A DNA stretch of 64,000 nucleotides, taken from the NCBI GenBank assembly GCA_048498735.1, contig JBEHXK010000002.1:28057-92056 (forward strand), given 5' to 3'. Source of the DNA: Pseudomonadota bacterium (GTDB taxonomy: Bacteria > Pseudomonadota > Alphaproteobacteria > Rickettsiales > UBA8987). The notes under the pieces are model-generated. The model searched no databases, was not told the origin of the DNA, and saw only the letters and a program-made list of their open reading frames with translations. A program made the translations under genes and the position numbers. Positions 55,309-64,000 of the stretch are shown here, one piece after another; position 1 is the first letter of the stretch; each line of letters opens with the position of its first letter.

Positions 55309-57699
55309 ATGAAATTCACACTTTCCTGGTTAAAAGAATTTTTAGATACTTCTAACTCGCTTGATGAAATATGCGCGAAACTCACTTCGATCGGGCTTGA
55401 AGTTGAATCGGTGAATAATTTTACTGAAACGCTGAAGCCTTTCACCGTGGCTGAAATTCTTGAAACTGAGAAACATCCACAGGCTGATAAACTGCGTGTT
55501 TGCAAGGTTAATACAGGCGCTGAAACTTTATCGATTGTTTGCGGTGCGCCTAATGCGAGGCCCGGAATAAAAATTCCTCTGGCACGCATCGGCACTGTTA
55601 TTCCGACTAATGGTTTAGTTATAAAAAAATCTGCGATACGCGGTGTTGAAAGCAATGGCATGCTATGTTCAGCTGCTGAACTTGGTATTTCAGAAGATTC
55701 GGAAGGGATATTAGAGCTACCTGCAAATGCAGAAGTGGGAAAACCTTTTGCGCCGTTTATCGGTTTAGATGATGCGATGATCGAAATTGCAATAACGCCA
55801 AACCGCGGAGATTGTTTGGGTGTTTATGGTGTTGCACGTGATCTTGCTGCTGCTGGCATTGGCACATTGAAAAAATTTGATACGGCAAAATTTGAAGGCA
55901 AATTTGAAAGCCCAATAAAAGTTAAAATAGAAAATGATGGCTGCAAATGGTTCGTCGGTGTTTATGTGAAAGATGTTAAAAACCAGCCTTCGCCTGATTT
56001 TATCCGCAAGAAACTTGAATCGATCGGCAAAAAATCTATTTCCGCTCTGGTAGATATCACAAATTACCTGACCTTTACTTTCGGCCGCCCAGCTCACGTT
56101 TATGATGCTGATAAATTAAACGGCAATATTACAGTGCGTCTTGCAAAGAAAGGCGAGAAGCTTACGGCGCTTGATAATAAAGAATATGAACTGGATGAAA
56201 AAATCCTGGTAATAGCAGATGATAAAGGCCCGGTTGGTATTGCAGGTGTTATCGGCGGGCTTGATAGTGGCTGCACATTGGAAACAAAAAACGCATTTTT
56301 AGAGATCGCATATTTCACGCCGGATGCGGTGGCAAATTCCGGCCGTGCATTGCAGATTGATTCTGATGCGCGCTATCGTTTTGAGCGCAGCGTTGATTAT
56401 AAATCATCAGAACTTACATCGTTGGCGGTGAAGCTGATAACAGATATTTGCGGCGGCACTTCTTCTAATCAGGTGGTTGCCGGTGATGTGAATTATAAAG
56501 AACGCGAAATGGATTTTGATTTTTCCATCATTGAAAAAGTTACAGGCATAAAAGCTGATGAGACATTAGCAAAAAATATATTTGAAAAACTTGGCTTTAA
56601 ACAAAGTGGTAATAAGCTAATAATTCCATCCTGGCGCAATGATGTTTCAATGGCTGAAGATATGGCCGAGGAATATGCAAGGCTGGTAGGTTATGAAAAT
56701 ATCCCGACCACATATCTTACAAAGCCGGCGAAAAGCACACCTGCATTAACTGCAACACAGCGTAAATCAACTGCTACTCGCAGGATACTGGCGAGCAGGG
56801 GGCTTACTGAAGTAGTAAGTTTCAGTTTCATGGACGGTGCAAAGGCATCCTCGTTCCTGCTGGCTGATAAGCAGCTTATCGAAGTTGCAAACCCTATCTC
56901 TTCTGAGCTTGGGATAATGAGGCCATCTATAATTGCAAATCTTTTAGATGCGGCGGCGAATAATCAGGCGCGCGGAAAGCGTAGTTTTACGCTGTTCGAA
57001 GTGGGTAATATTTTCCATAAGGATAAGGGCGAATTCGTGCAGGCACAATGTGCAGCAGGTTTGCGTGCCGGCCTTGCGACTGAAAAAAACGCGCATGGAA
57101 AGGAAGAGCAGTTTGACGTTTTTGCGATAAAAGCTGATGCTCTCTCAGTGCTTGCGCAATATTTTGATGTTTCAAAACTCAATGTTGAGAAGAATAATAT
57201 ATTTAATTATTACCACCCGGGTCGTAGCGGTGTTTATAAACTGGGCCCGAATATAATCGCGGTTTTTGGTGAGATCCACCCGGGCATAAAACAGAAGTTC
57301 GGTATAAAATCTAATGCCTATGCGTTTGAGGTTTTCCTGGACAAACTGCCGCAACCGAAAGAGAAGGGCGATTTTGCACGTAAGGATTTTGCAGTTTCAA
57401 ACTTCCAGTCGATCGAGCGCGATTTCGCATTCATAGTTGATAGCAAGGTTCTGGCGCAGGATATTTTAGCAGCGGTTAGGAAATCAGAAAAAAATATCAC
57501 TGATGGCGTGATCGAAGAGATCAGGATCTTTGATATTTATGAAGGTGAAAAACTGGGTGCAGGCAAAAAATCGATCGCGTTCAATGTGCGTATCCAGCCG
57601 AAAACTGAAACGCTTACCGATGAGAAGATCGAGAATGCAACGCAGAAGATCGTTGAATCTGTGCGCACTGCAACGGGTGGCACGCTTAGAGATTCTTAA
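55309..57699 (+). CDS. pheT: phenylalanine--tRNA ligase beta subunit
   Basis: 796 aa with 'MKFTLSWLKEFLDT', the tRNA-binding domain 'HPQADKLRVCKV', B3/4 and B5 domains, and the C-terminal FDX-ACB domain. Confidence 0.95.
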   Translation: MKFTLSWLKEFLDTSNSLDEICAKLTSIGLEVESVNNFTETLKPFTVAEILETEKHPQADKLRVCKVNTGAETLSIVCGAPNARPGIKIPLARIGTVIPTNGLVIKKSAIRGVESNGMLCSAAELGISEDSEGILELPANAEVGKPFAPFIGLDDAMIEIAITPNRGDCLGVYGVARDLAAAGIGTLKKFDTAKFEGKFESPIKVKIENDGCKWFVGVYVKDVKNQPSPDFIRKKLESIGKKSISALVDITNYLTFTFGRPAHVYDADKLNGNITVRLAKKGEKLTALDNKEYELDEKILVIADDKGPVGIAGVIGGLDSGCTLETKNAFLEIAYFTPDAVANSGRALQIDSDARYRFERSVDYKSSELTSLAVKLITDICGGTSSNQVVAGDVNYKEREMDFDFSIIEKVTGIKADETLAKNIFEKLGFKQSGNKLIIPSWRNDVSMAEDMAEEYARLVGYENIPTTYLTKPAKSTPALTATQRKSTATRRILASRGLTEVVSFSFMDGAKASSFLLADKQLIEVANPISSELGIMRPSIIANLLDAAANNQARGKRSFTLFEVGNIFHKDKGEFVQAQCAAGLRAGLATEKNAHGKEEQFDVFAIKADALSVLAQYFDVSKLNVEKNNIFNYYHPGRSGVYKLGPNIIAVFGEIHPGIKQKFGIKSNAYAFEVFLDKLPQPKEKGDFARKDFAVSNFQSIERDFAFIVDSKVLAQDILAAVRKSEKNITDGVIEEIRIFDIYEGEKLGAGKKSIAFNVRIQPKTETLTDEKIENATQKIVESVRTATGGTLRDS

Positions 57700-58361
57700 G
57701 AAAGTTCAAAAACTTCCTTATTTATATTCTTAAGCGGAATGTTTTTGTGATCTGCCTTGCCTAAACCAACTGCCGCAAGCCCATCACCGATAAGCTCTTT
57801 CACATCAACGCTAGCCAGATTATTATTTATCACATTGGTGTGATTGAAACCTATTTTCGTGCCTTTGCCGACAAAGGTTGAATACATTTTCTTATAGGCC
57901 TCGGTTTTATCAGAGCATTTATCGCAATCACCTAAAAAATCACCAAGTTTTTTGACTATCTCATCAGAAGTGGCATTATCCTTGAGGCCTAACATCTGGG
58001 CGATCTTTTTGGATTTTTCAGGGTCATCCTCGAGAAGGTCCTTCATGATCTTCTGATTTTTTGCTTCAGCGAATTTGTTTTTCAGGAAATTGAAAACATC
58101 TTTATGCGCTTCGCCCGCGGCATCATTTTCATCAAGGCCGGTAAATCCATGATGAGACTTTTCATAATCACCTGTCAGGCTGCCGGCTATTGCACCAGCT
58201 TTGGAATCATCGCCTAACATTCCAAAAGCAATGCTTTTACCCATGGATAAGTTTTTCTTTACTACGCCAAGAACAACCTGGCCGAAAGAAGTCTGGTTCA
58301 GCTCTTTAAAGAAATCAGCGATGCTGTTTTTATATAGCTCTTTAGATTGTGGATCTGACAT
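57696..58361 (-). CDS. hypothetical protein (hydrophilic, Lys/Asp-rich)
   Basis: 221-aa ORF with no signal peptide, TM helix or recognisable motif. Its 3' end overlaps the pheT 3' end by 4 nt. Confidence 0.45.
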   Translation of the reverse strand: MSDPQSKELYKNSIADFFKELNQTSFGQVVLGVVKKNLSMGKSIAFGMLGDDSKAGAIAGSLTGDYEKSHHGFTGLDENDAAGEAHKDVFNFLKNKFAEAKNQKIMKDLLEDDPEKSKKIAQMLGLKDNATSDEIVKKLGDFLGDCDKCSDKTEAYKKMYSTFVGKGTKIGFNHTNVINNNLASVDVKELIGDGLAAVGLGKADHKNIPLKNINKEVFELS

Positions 58362-58433
58362 TTTGCCCTCTGATCCGTTTTATATTAACACAAAAATGTT
58401 AACAAATCATTAAGTTAGAGAGCGAAATAAGGA

Positions 58434-59042
58434 TTATTCGCCGTATTTCACGCTGCAGCCATAAGGTTGCGTAACTGAGGTTGTAACTGGGTTTCCGGCC
58501 AGAATTTCATCAAGAGCTTTGGAAACATAATTATCAGCTTTGGCAATATCAGCCTTATCAGCAGAAGGAATGCTATCGATCGCGCCCTGGTAAACCAGAA
58601 TGCCCTTATTGATGATGAACATGTGCGGAGTTGTTGAAGCGCCGTATTCTTTGCCTATCACGCCGGTAGGATCAAGAACATAATTGGTAGAGACCATGTT
58701 CTGTTCTTTGACATATTTCTGCGCATCTTCATTGGTTGCGAAATAGCCTTCCTTGCCTTTAGCACCAGAATTGATGGTTATCCAGACTATACCTTTTCCA
58801 GTATATTTTTTCTGCAGAGCCTGCATGTTGCCGGAATCATAATGTTTATGAACAAAAGGGCAGCCAGGATTATTCCACTCAAGCACCACGATTTTATCTT
58901 TAAGATCAGAAAGTTTTACAGATCTGCCGACCGTATCGACCGTGCTGAAATCAGGTGCGGCATCACCAACGGCAGTTTTTGCGAAGACTTGAGTGCTTAC
59001 AGCCAGGCCTAGTATAGCGAACAATAAAGCGAATTTTTTCAT
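58434..59042 (-). CDS. exported thioredoxin-fold redoxin (AhpC/TSA-like)
   Basis: 202 aa with signal peptide 'ALLFAILGLAVSTQVFA'. 'APDFS...GRSVKLSDLKDKIVVLEWNNPGCPFVHKHY' is redoxin-like. A second conserved Cys lies near the C-terminus ('PYGCSVKY'). Confidence 0.75.
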   Translation of the reverse strand: MKKFALLFAILGLAVSTQVFAKTAVGDAAPDFSTVDTVGRSVKLSDLKDKIVVLEWNNPGCPFVHKHYDSGNMQALQKKYTGKGIVWITINSGAKGKEGYFATNEDAQKYVKEQNMVSTNYVLDPTGVIGKEYGASTTPHMFIINKGILVYQGAIDSIPSADKADIAKADNYVSKALDEILAGNPVTTSVTQPYGCSVKYGE

Positions 59043-59131
59043 GGGTTCTCCATTTGGTTTAAAAGTTTTTAACCGGAGATGAAAATAAAAGGCAATATGA
59101 AAATATTTTCAAGTGCCCCTTGAAATTTAAG

Positions 59132-59830
59132 CTAGTCTTTTAATTTGGCTTCGTAGAACTCTTCGCCGATCTTGATCTTTTCGCGGCCATTCTTCTCGCG
59201 CCATTCATTAGTATCACGAAGTGAATAGATACAGCCGCAATATTCCTGCTTATAGAAATTCTCGCGCTTGGCGATATCATACATGCGTGCGCCGCCACCT
59301 TCCTTGCGCCAATTATATGTCCAATATTCTACGCCGCCTACGTGGTTAGCAGCATCAAGGCCTGAGGTGTTTATCTGATCCATATTTTTCCAGCGCGAAA
59401 TGCCGAGCGAGCTGGTGAAAACCTTAAAACCATTTGCTTTGGCATATTCTGCGGAACGCACAAAACGCATATCAAAACACATGCTGCAGCGGCGACCGCG
59501 TTCCGGATCATGCTCCATACCCTTGGCTTTTGAGAACCAGTTCTGCACATCATAATCGGCATCGATGAATTCGATATTCAGCTTATCGGCATAGCGTTTA
59601 TTCTCATTCTTACGAATGTCATATTCCTTAAGCGGATGGATGTTTGGGTTATAAAAATAGATCGTCAGATCAAGGCCAGCCTTTGCCATTGCTTCAATAA
59701 CCTCGCCACTGCAAGGCGCGCAGCACGAATGAAGCAGAACCTTGTTCTCGCTTTCCGGAACTTCCAACTCGATCTCGGGGCGACCTTCTAAGATCTCACT
59801 TGGAATGGTTATTTTACGTGGCTCAGTCAT
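59132..59830 (-). CDS. queH: epoxyqueuosine reductase QueH (DUF208)
   Basis: 232 aa with the Cys motifs '[10 protein letters not shown]', 'RCSMCFDMR' and 'YCGC', typical of QueH. Confidence 0.85.
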   Translation of the reverse strand: MTEPRKITIPSEILEGRPEIELEVPESENKVLLHSCCAPCSGEVIEAMAKAGLDLTIYFYNPNIHPLKEYDIRKNENKRYADKLNIEFIDADYDVQNWFSKAKGMEHDPERGRRCSMCFDMRFVRSAEYAKANGFKVFTSSLGISRWKNMDQINTSGLDAANHVGGVEYWTYNWRKEGGGARMYDIAKRENFYKQEYCGCIYSLRDTNEWREKNGREKIKIGEEFYEAKLKD

Positions 59831-59833
59831 ACA

Positions 59834-60790
59834 TTATATAGTTGTCATGGCTTGAGGTTCTTCCTCAACAATCTGGAATTTCTGTTGATTGTGGCGACGC
59901 TGATAGATCAGCTCGTTATAATCCATTTTACGCAGCAGAGCATACGGAATGAAGCCTAAAAACGCGACGGCTGTGAAGATGAAATAATATAAAAGCGAAG
60001 CCGCAACGCCGATATCGCTGTTCAGGCCGATATGCTGGGCAAGGGTGACATATGTAAATTCGCGCAGGCCCACACCGCCGAATGAAACCGGGATGACAGC
60101 AACTATATTAGCGATCAAAAACACCATGATATAGCCGGTGATATGTTCAGTGGTGCGAAGGCCATAAAGCACCGCAACGATCGAGATCAAAAAGAATACC
60201 TGGCTGATGAAGGAATATTTCATGCCGCCGATCTGAGTTGAGAAAGGTTCGCGCAATATCATTTTTGTGCATATTGAATAGCATGGGAAAATGAGAATTG
60301 CCGCTGCAATCAGCACAGCGTTGACGTGCGGAATTACAGTTAGATTATCGCGATAGTAAAAGGCGAAAACGATCAGAAAAATGCATAGGAATAGCAGACC
60401 GCTGGCCCGCCCGCGAAGGATCGCCATAATGGTTTTCTGCCATGGGAAACGGAAGCGCTTATGGAAATAAAATGCACGATAGCCATCGCCGCCGATACCG
60501 CCGGGAAGGATGATATTGAATAAAGTGCCGAGGAAATACATGCCGATTGTGTAGGTACGGCTGATGTGGAATTCCGCCTGCTCAAGGTTATAGCGCATAC
60601 GCAGCGCGCCGAACACCTGTGCGAAAGCGATCATGATATAAGCAAGCACGAAATATTTATAGTCAGCGGTTTTAACCAGCTCGCTCAGCTTCTGCCTATC
60701 AACCTTATGCAGCACGATCGCGATAAGGATCACGCTTAATGAGACTTTAACTATCAGCGATAAGAGCTTTTTACGTTTTCTTTTCTTCAT
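59834..60790 (-). CDS. UPF0104 / lysylphosphatidylglycerol-synthase-TM-region family membrane protein
   Basis: 318 aa with a basic N-terminus and about 8 TM helices. 'LPGGIGGDGYRAFY' is the motif I associate with this flippase-like family. Confidence 0.65.
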   Translation of the reverse strand: MKKRKRKKLLSLIVKVSLSVILIAIVLHKVDRQKLSELVKTADYKYFVLAYIMIAFAQVFGALRMRYNLEQAEFHISRTYTIGMYFLGTLFNIILPGGIGGDGYRAFYFHKRFRFPWQKTIMAILRGRASGLLFLCIFLIVFAFYYRDNLTVIPHVNAVLIAAAILIFPCYSICTKMILREPFSTQIGGMKYSFISQVFFLISIVAVLYGLRTTEHITGYIMVFLIANIVAVIPVSFGGVGLREFTYVTLAQHIGLNSDIGVAASLLYYFIFTAVAFLGFIPYALLRKMDYNELIYQRRHNQQKFQIVEEEPQAMTTI

Positions 60791-60987
60791 AAGCCTTTTT
60801 TATTCCAAGCTGAATCTGATAACCAAAATATAGGGGATTGTCTAGAGTTTATGGGAGGTTACGCTCTATTTTACCCCGAATAACTGTGTCATTCCGGTTT
60901 ATACTAAGTTTATGGATATCAATATGATACTACATAGTAAACTTATGGGCTGAAGCATAACTTAAAGCTAATCAACGGAGATTAAAA

Positions 60988-61272
60988 ATGAAAAAACAAC
61001 TACTTGCTCTACTTGTGACCACTGCAACTGTTGCAGGTGTCAGCGCTTGCCACTCAAGCCCGACCGATATGCCTCCGGGCCAATATGAGAATAAAACAAG
61101 CTACACCACAACAAATGGTACTGAAGTTACAAAGAAAACCAATACAACTGTAGGTGAAGATGTTTATGGCAACAAAACTGCTGTCGTAAATAAGAAAACC
61201 TCAACAGACCCGAAAGGCCTGATGAATAAATCGAGCAGTGAATCAACCACTGTTATTGATGACAGCAAATAA
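60988..61272 (+). CDS. small lipoprotein, Thr/Asn-rich
   Basis: 94 aa with signal peptide plus lipobox 'VAGVSAC'. GGAG SD upstream, and a strong terminator follows. Confidence 0.5.
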   Translation: MKKQLLALLVTTATVAGVSACHSSPTDMPPGQYENKTSYTTTNGTEVTKKTNTTVGEDVYGNKTAVVNKKTSTDPKGLMNKSSSESTTVIDDSK

Positions 61273-61301
61273 CTTCTGATGGGTTAATTAGAAGAGAGGT
61301 G

Positions 61302-61338
61302 AACCGGCTATTTCTTCCAACCGAAATAGCCGGTTTTT
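61302..61338 (+). terminator. rho-independent terminator
   Basis: Perfect 13-bp stem AACCGGCTATTTC/GAAATAGCCGGTT with an 8-nt loop, followed by TTTTT. Confidence 0.8.
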
Positions 61339-61460
61339 ATTGGTTATTGTAAAAATTTGCATCTTTGCCCAATAAAATTCTTGAAGTTAGACCCACTAAC
61401 TCGCTTCAAATTTTTTGAACAAATCTGCTAAATTTTTCCTAATAACCTGCCCGAACAATA

Positions 61461-61988
61461 TTACTTACCAGCGCGTTTTACGCCTTCAGAGATCATTTTT
61501 TCAGCAGTTTCTTTGCCTTCCCAGCCGGAAACTTTTACCCATTTACCTTTCTCAAGATCTTTATAGCGCTCAAAGAAATGGCCGATCTGATCAAGGAAAA
61601 CCTGAGGTAGATCTTTATAATCAGTGATCTTGTCATAATAGGTTGTGAGTTTTGAGTGAGGAACAGCCAGAACTTTTTCATCCTCGCCTTTTTCATCTTC
61701 CATTTTCAGAACGCCGATCGGACGGCAGCGGATAACTGCACCAGGCACAACCGGATATTGGCTGATAACCAGAACATCAACCGGGTCGCTATCGCCTGAA
61801 AGCGTGTTCGGCACGAAGCCATAATTGCATGGATAGAACATTGCAGATGAAAGGAAACGATCAACCAGAACCGCGCCCGCATCTTTATCAAATTCATATT
61901 TCACCGGTGAAGAGTTCATCGGCACTTCGATAACTACATTTATATCTGATGGCGGGTTTTTGCCTGAGCCTATTTGCTTAAGATCCAT
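61461..61988 (-). CDS. ppa: inorganic pyrophosphatase (family I)
   Basis: 175 aa with 'NVVIEVP', '[12 protein letters not shown]', '[10 protein letters not shown]' and 'DEKVLAV'. Confidence 0.95.
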   Translation of the reverse strand: MDLKQIGSGKNPPSDINVVIEVPMNSSPVKYEFDKDAGAVLVDRFLSSAMFYPCNYGFVPNTLSGDSDPVDVLVISQYPVVPGAVIRCRPIGVLKMEDEKGEDEKVLAVPHSKLTTYYDKITDYKDLPQVFLDQIGHFFERYKDLEKGKWVKVSGWEGKETAEKMISEGVKRAGK

Positions 61989-62009
61989 TTTATTACTCTC
62001 AATTTAGGG

Positions 62010-64000
62010 TTATTTTACGCTAACTTCACAGGTTTTATTGGTCTCGGTGAAATTATCGCATATCTTTTTCGCATCGCCGCCGCTGGTCACAGGGCCAACC
62101 TGCAGCAATACATTTTTGAAGCCTTTTACTACCGTTTTATAATTAAAGGAATCAGAAAATTCTTTGGCTTTGGTTTCAAAATATTTCTTCGCTATATCTT
62201 CAGAGGTAAAGCTGCCGATCTGAGCATAGACCTTTCTGTTACTTATGATACTATAATTAGAAGTGTTGCCAAGCACGCCGCAGGCATGTTCTGCAGTGCC
62301 GAACTGCGAGCAGAGTTCGTTGACCTGCTGTTCATTTGCAAGGGTGCCGATGGCAAGTCCATAATCGCCAGATGATGATTTCACAACCTTATATATATAT
62401 ACAAGGCCCGTATTGCTGGAGCGATCATTATAGAATTTTACGGCATCGGCCTCGCTTGCGAAACCACCGACATATGCATGCGCACCGTTAAGATCATTGT
62501 CGCTCTCAGAAGATTTTATATCGAGAGATTTTTCTGTAGTATTTGCAGATGCAGGAGTTTCAAGTGATGCCATATTTTCGGCATCAACAGGTGTTACTTG
62601 TGCAGGTCTTATATCGCTCAAACCACCATATGATTCTTGAGCTTTAAGTTTTTTATTCAGCACAGCCTTTGCGCGAACTTCCGGCGTTGTATCCGGTGAG
62701 GTTGGTATCTGTGCCGGTGCTGCAGGAGCAGGGGGCGGAGTTACAAGTGGTGCAACCTTCATTTCAGAAATGCTTTTATGCTCGTTATAATTCGCGCCGC
62801 CTTTATCCTGATTGTAGAACTGGTTGATATTGTTCACCAGATCACTGCGGAATGATTTATAATTTTCGGCACCTGCTGTGTCAGGGGTTTTTGCAAGCGC
62901 ATCAATTGCAGGAGTTTGTGGCTGCATATATTGGTTGAGATCGTTTGTCAGTGCGCCTTTTGCAAGCAGGCTTTCTTTAGTTACGGTATAGATCACATCA
63001 TCATTATTGCTTGCGGCAGGTGCAGCAGGTTGTTCAGTTTGTGTTGATTCCACTTGTATAGCTTCAATAGGTGCGGCTGCGGGGGCATCATTTGCATTCA
63101 GATTCTTAGGGGCAAGTTCCTTAATGACATAATTTGCCGGATTATTATGGAAACGTTTTTCATAACGTATTGATAGGGGAATATCTAGTGTCGAATTCTG
63201 GCTGTATGCTTTAGGTGAGTTATCGTTACTTTCAGTTGCTTCACGCATGATACGATCAACTTCTGACTCATAATTTTTATCAGGTTCAACAGCAGGAGCG
63301 GCCTGAGCAGTTTCTTGTACGGTTGCTTGTGCAGTCTCTGCCGCCATTTCAGAGCTTGCCGAATTAATGGTTGCGCTTGCTTCCTGAACATTGCCATCCG
63401 GCAGATTAACTTCCGGAGGGGTTACAGATTCAGAAGCAGGAGTTTGATCATTCACTTGCGGCGCTTCAACAGGAGTTGCTGGAGCAGGAGCAGCTGCAGG
63501 TGTTGAATCAAGATTATTCATCATATTATCAACTTCAGCAGCGTATTTTTCATCAACAGGTACTTGCGACTGTTCGGCTGGAGGATTTGCCGGTTCTGCA
63601 GGAGCAGTTTGATCTTTCTGCGCATCCTGTTTCATTGATGCTGGAAGTTCTGCCGGTGCAGTTTGCGGAGCAGATTGTTGTTCAGCAGTTTGTTTTTTGC
63701 CTTTCTTCTTTTTATCTTTCACAACTTTTGTGGTTGTGACCGTGGTTTGATCAGGAATGTTATTATCAGCTATGCTGATGACATCAGCAGGTTTTTCGAC
63801 ATAGTCATTGACCGGAATCTGTTTTGAAGTTGTAACCTGAGTTATATTTTCCTCAGTTTTTTCTTCAGGTTTTGCAGGTTCAGGAGCCGGTGCCGGTGTC
63901 GCTTCAGCTTCGGTTTTTTCCTCAGCCTTTTTATCTTTTTTAGTTTTTTTCTTCGGCTCTTCCTTAGGCTGCTCTTTCGGTTCCTCTTTTACCTCAGGCT
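62010..64000 (-). CDS. SPOR domain protein with long Pro/Ala/Gln/Lys-rich low-complexity N-terminal region (5'-partial; continues beyond the window)
   Basis: The C-terminal 170 aa or so contain two SPOR-like repeats ('AYVGGFASEADAVKFY...GLAIGTLANEQQVNELC' and 'VYAQIGSFTSEDIAKKYF...LLQVGPVTSGGDAKKIC'). I translated the frame by hand upstream of the track's GTG at 63722. It stays open, with no stop and no start codon, to position 64000. Confidence 0.7.
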   Translation of the reverse strand, partial: PEVKEEPKEQPKEEPKKKTKKDKKAEEKTEAEATPAPAPEPAKPEEKTEENITQVTTSKQIPVNDYVEKPADVISIADNNIPDQTTVTTTKVVKDKKKKGKKQTAEQQSAPQTAPAELPASMKQDAQKDQTAPAEPANPPAEQSQVPVDEKYAAEVDNMMNNLDSTPAAAPAPATPVEAPQVNDQTPASESVTPPEVNLPDGNVQEASATINSASSEMAAETAQATVQETAQAAPAVEPDKNYESEVDRIMREATESNDNSPKAYSQNSTLDIPLSIRYEKRFHNNPANYVIKELAPKNLNANDAPAAAPIEAIQVESTQTEQPAAPAASNNDDVIYTVTKESLLAKGALTNDLNQYMQPQTPAIDALAKTPDTAGAENYKSFRSDLVNNINQFYNQDKGGANYNEHKSISEMKVAPLVTPPPAPAAPAQIPTSPDTTPEVRAKAVLNKKLKAQESYGGLSDIRPAQVTPVDAENMASLETPASANTTEKSLDIKSSESDNDLNGAHAYVGGFASEADAVKFYNDRSSNTGLVYIYKVVKSSSGDYGLAIGTLANEQQVNELCSQFGTAEHACGVLGNTSNYSIISNRKVYAQIGSFTSEDIAKKYFETKAKEFSDSFNYKTVVKGFKNVLLQVGPVTSGGDAKKICDNFTETNKTCEVSVK

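Overview
This window is a dense, mostly housekeeping chromosomal segment. I count about 67 protein-coding genes, one structured RNA (bacterial type-A RNase P RNA, 43923..44400, + strand) and a few readable terminators. I found no tRNA, rRNA, CRISPR array, transposase, integrase or phage genes.

The gene content points to an AT-rich alphaproteobacterium, possibly a Rickettsiales- or Holosporales-like lineage. That is inference only: GC content was judged by eye and no search was run. The supporting genes are GapR/DUF2312, a CckA-type hybrid histidine kinase, a coiled-coil gene followed by zapA, SdhE, a DUF2610-like protein, rpmF-plsX-fabH, DUF374-waaA-lpxK, groES-groEL, pdhC-lpd and fliO-fliP.

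Many pathway genes sit alone, away from their usual partners: hisFE, trpC, thiG without thiS, pheT without pheS, pdhC-lpd without pdhAB, and glnA without glnB. One accessory-looking block is a divergent dTDP-rhamnose cluster with a GT2 glycosyltransferase and a methyltransferase (19983..25142).

I cannot demonstrate a clear new multi-gene system from the sequence alone. The best leads, in order:
1. A 675-aa tail-anchored protein with a degenerate kinase-like N-terminus, plus a GT2 enzyme, lying directly downstream of an isolated fliO-fliP pair.
2. An orphan DUF2282 (bufferin-type) Cys-rich exported peptide gene with no MNIO/DUF2063 partner genes in the window.
3. A pilin-like periplasmic protein without a prepilin cleavage motif, embedded in the hisF-hisE-hemW gene string.
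4. Arm-sharing tandem hairpins in the glnA 3' region.
5. Several hydrophilic orphan proteins.

All family assignments come from motif reading and memory, not from database searches. Several start codons were moved inward from the ORF track, which extends ORFs to the furthest ATG/GTG/TTG.
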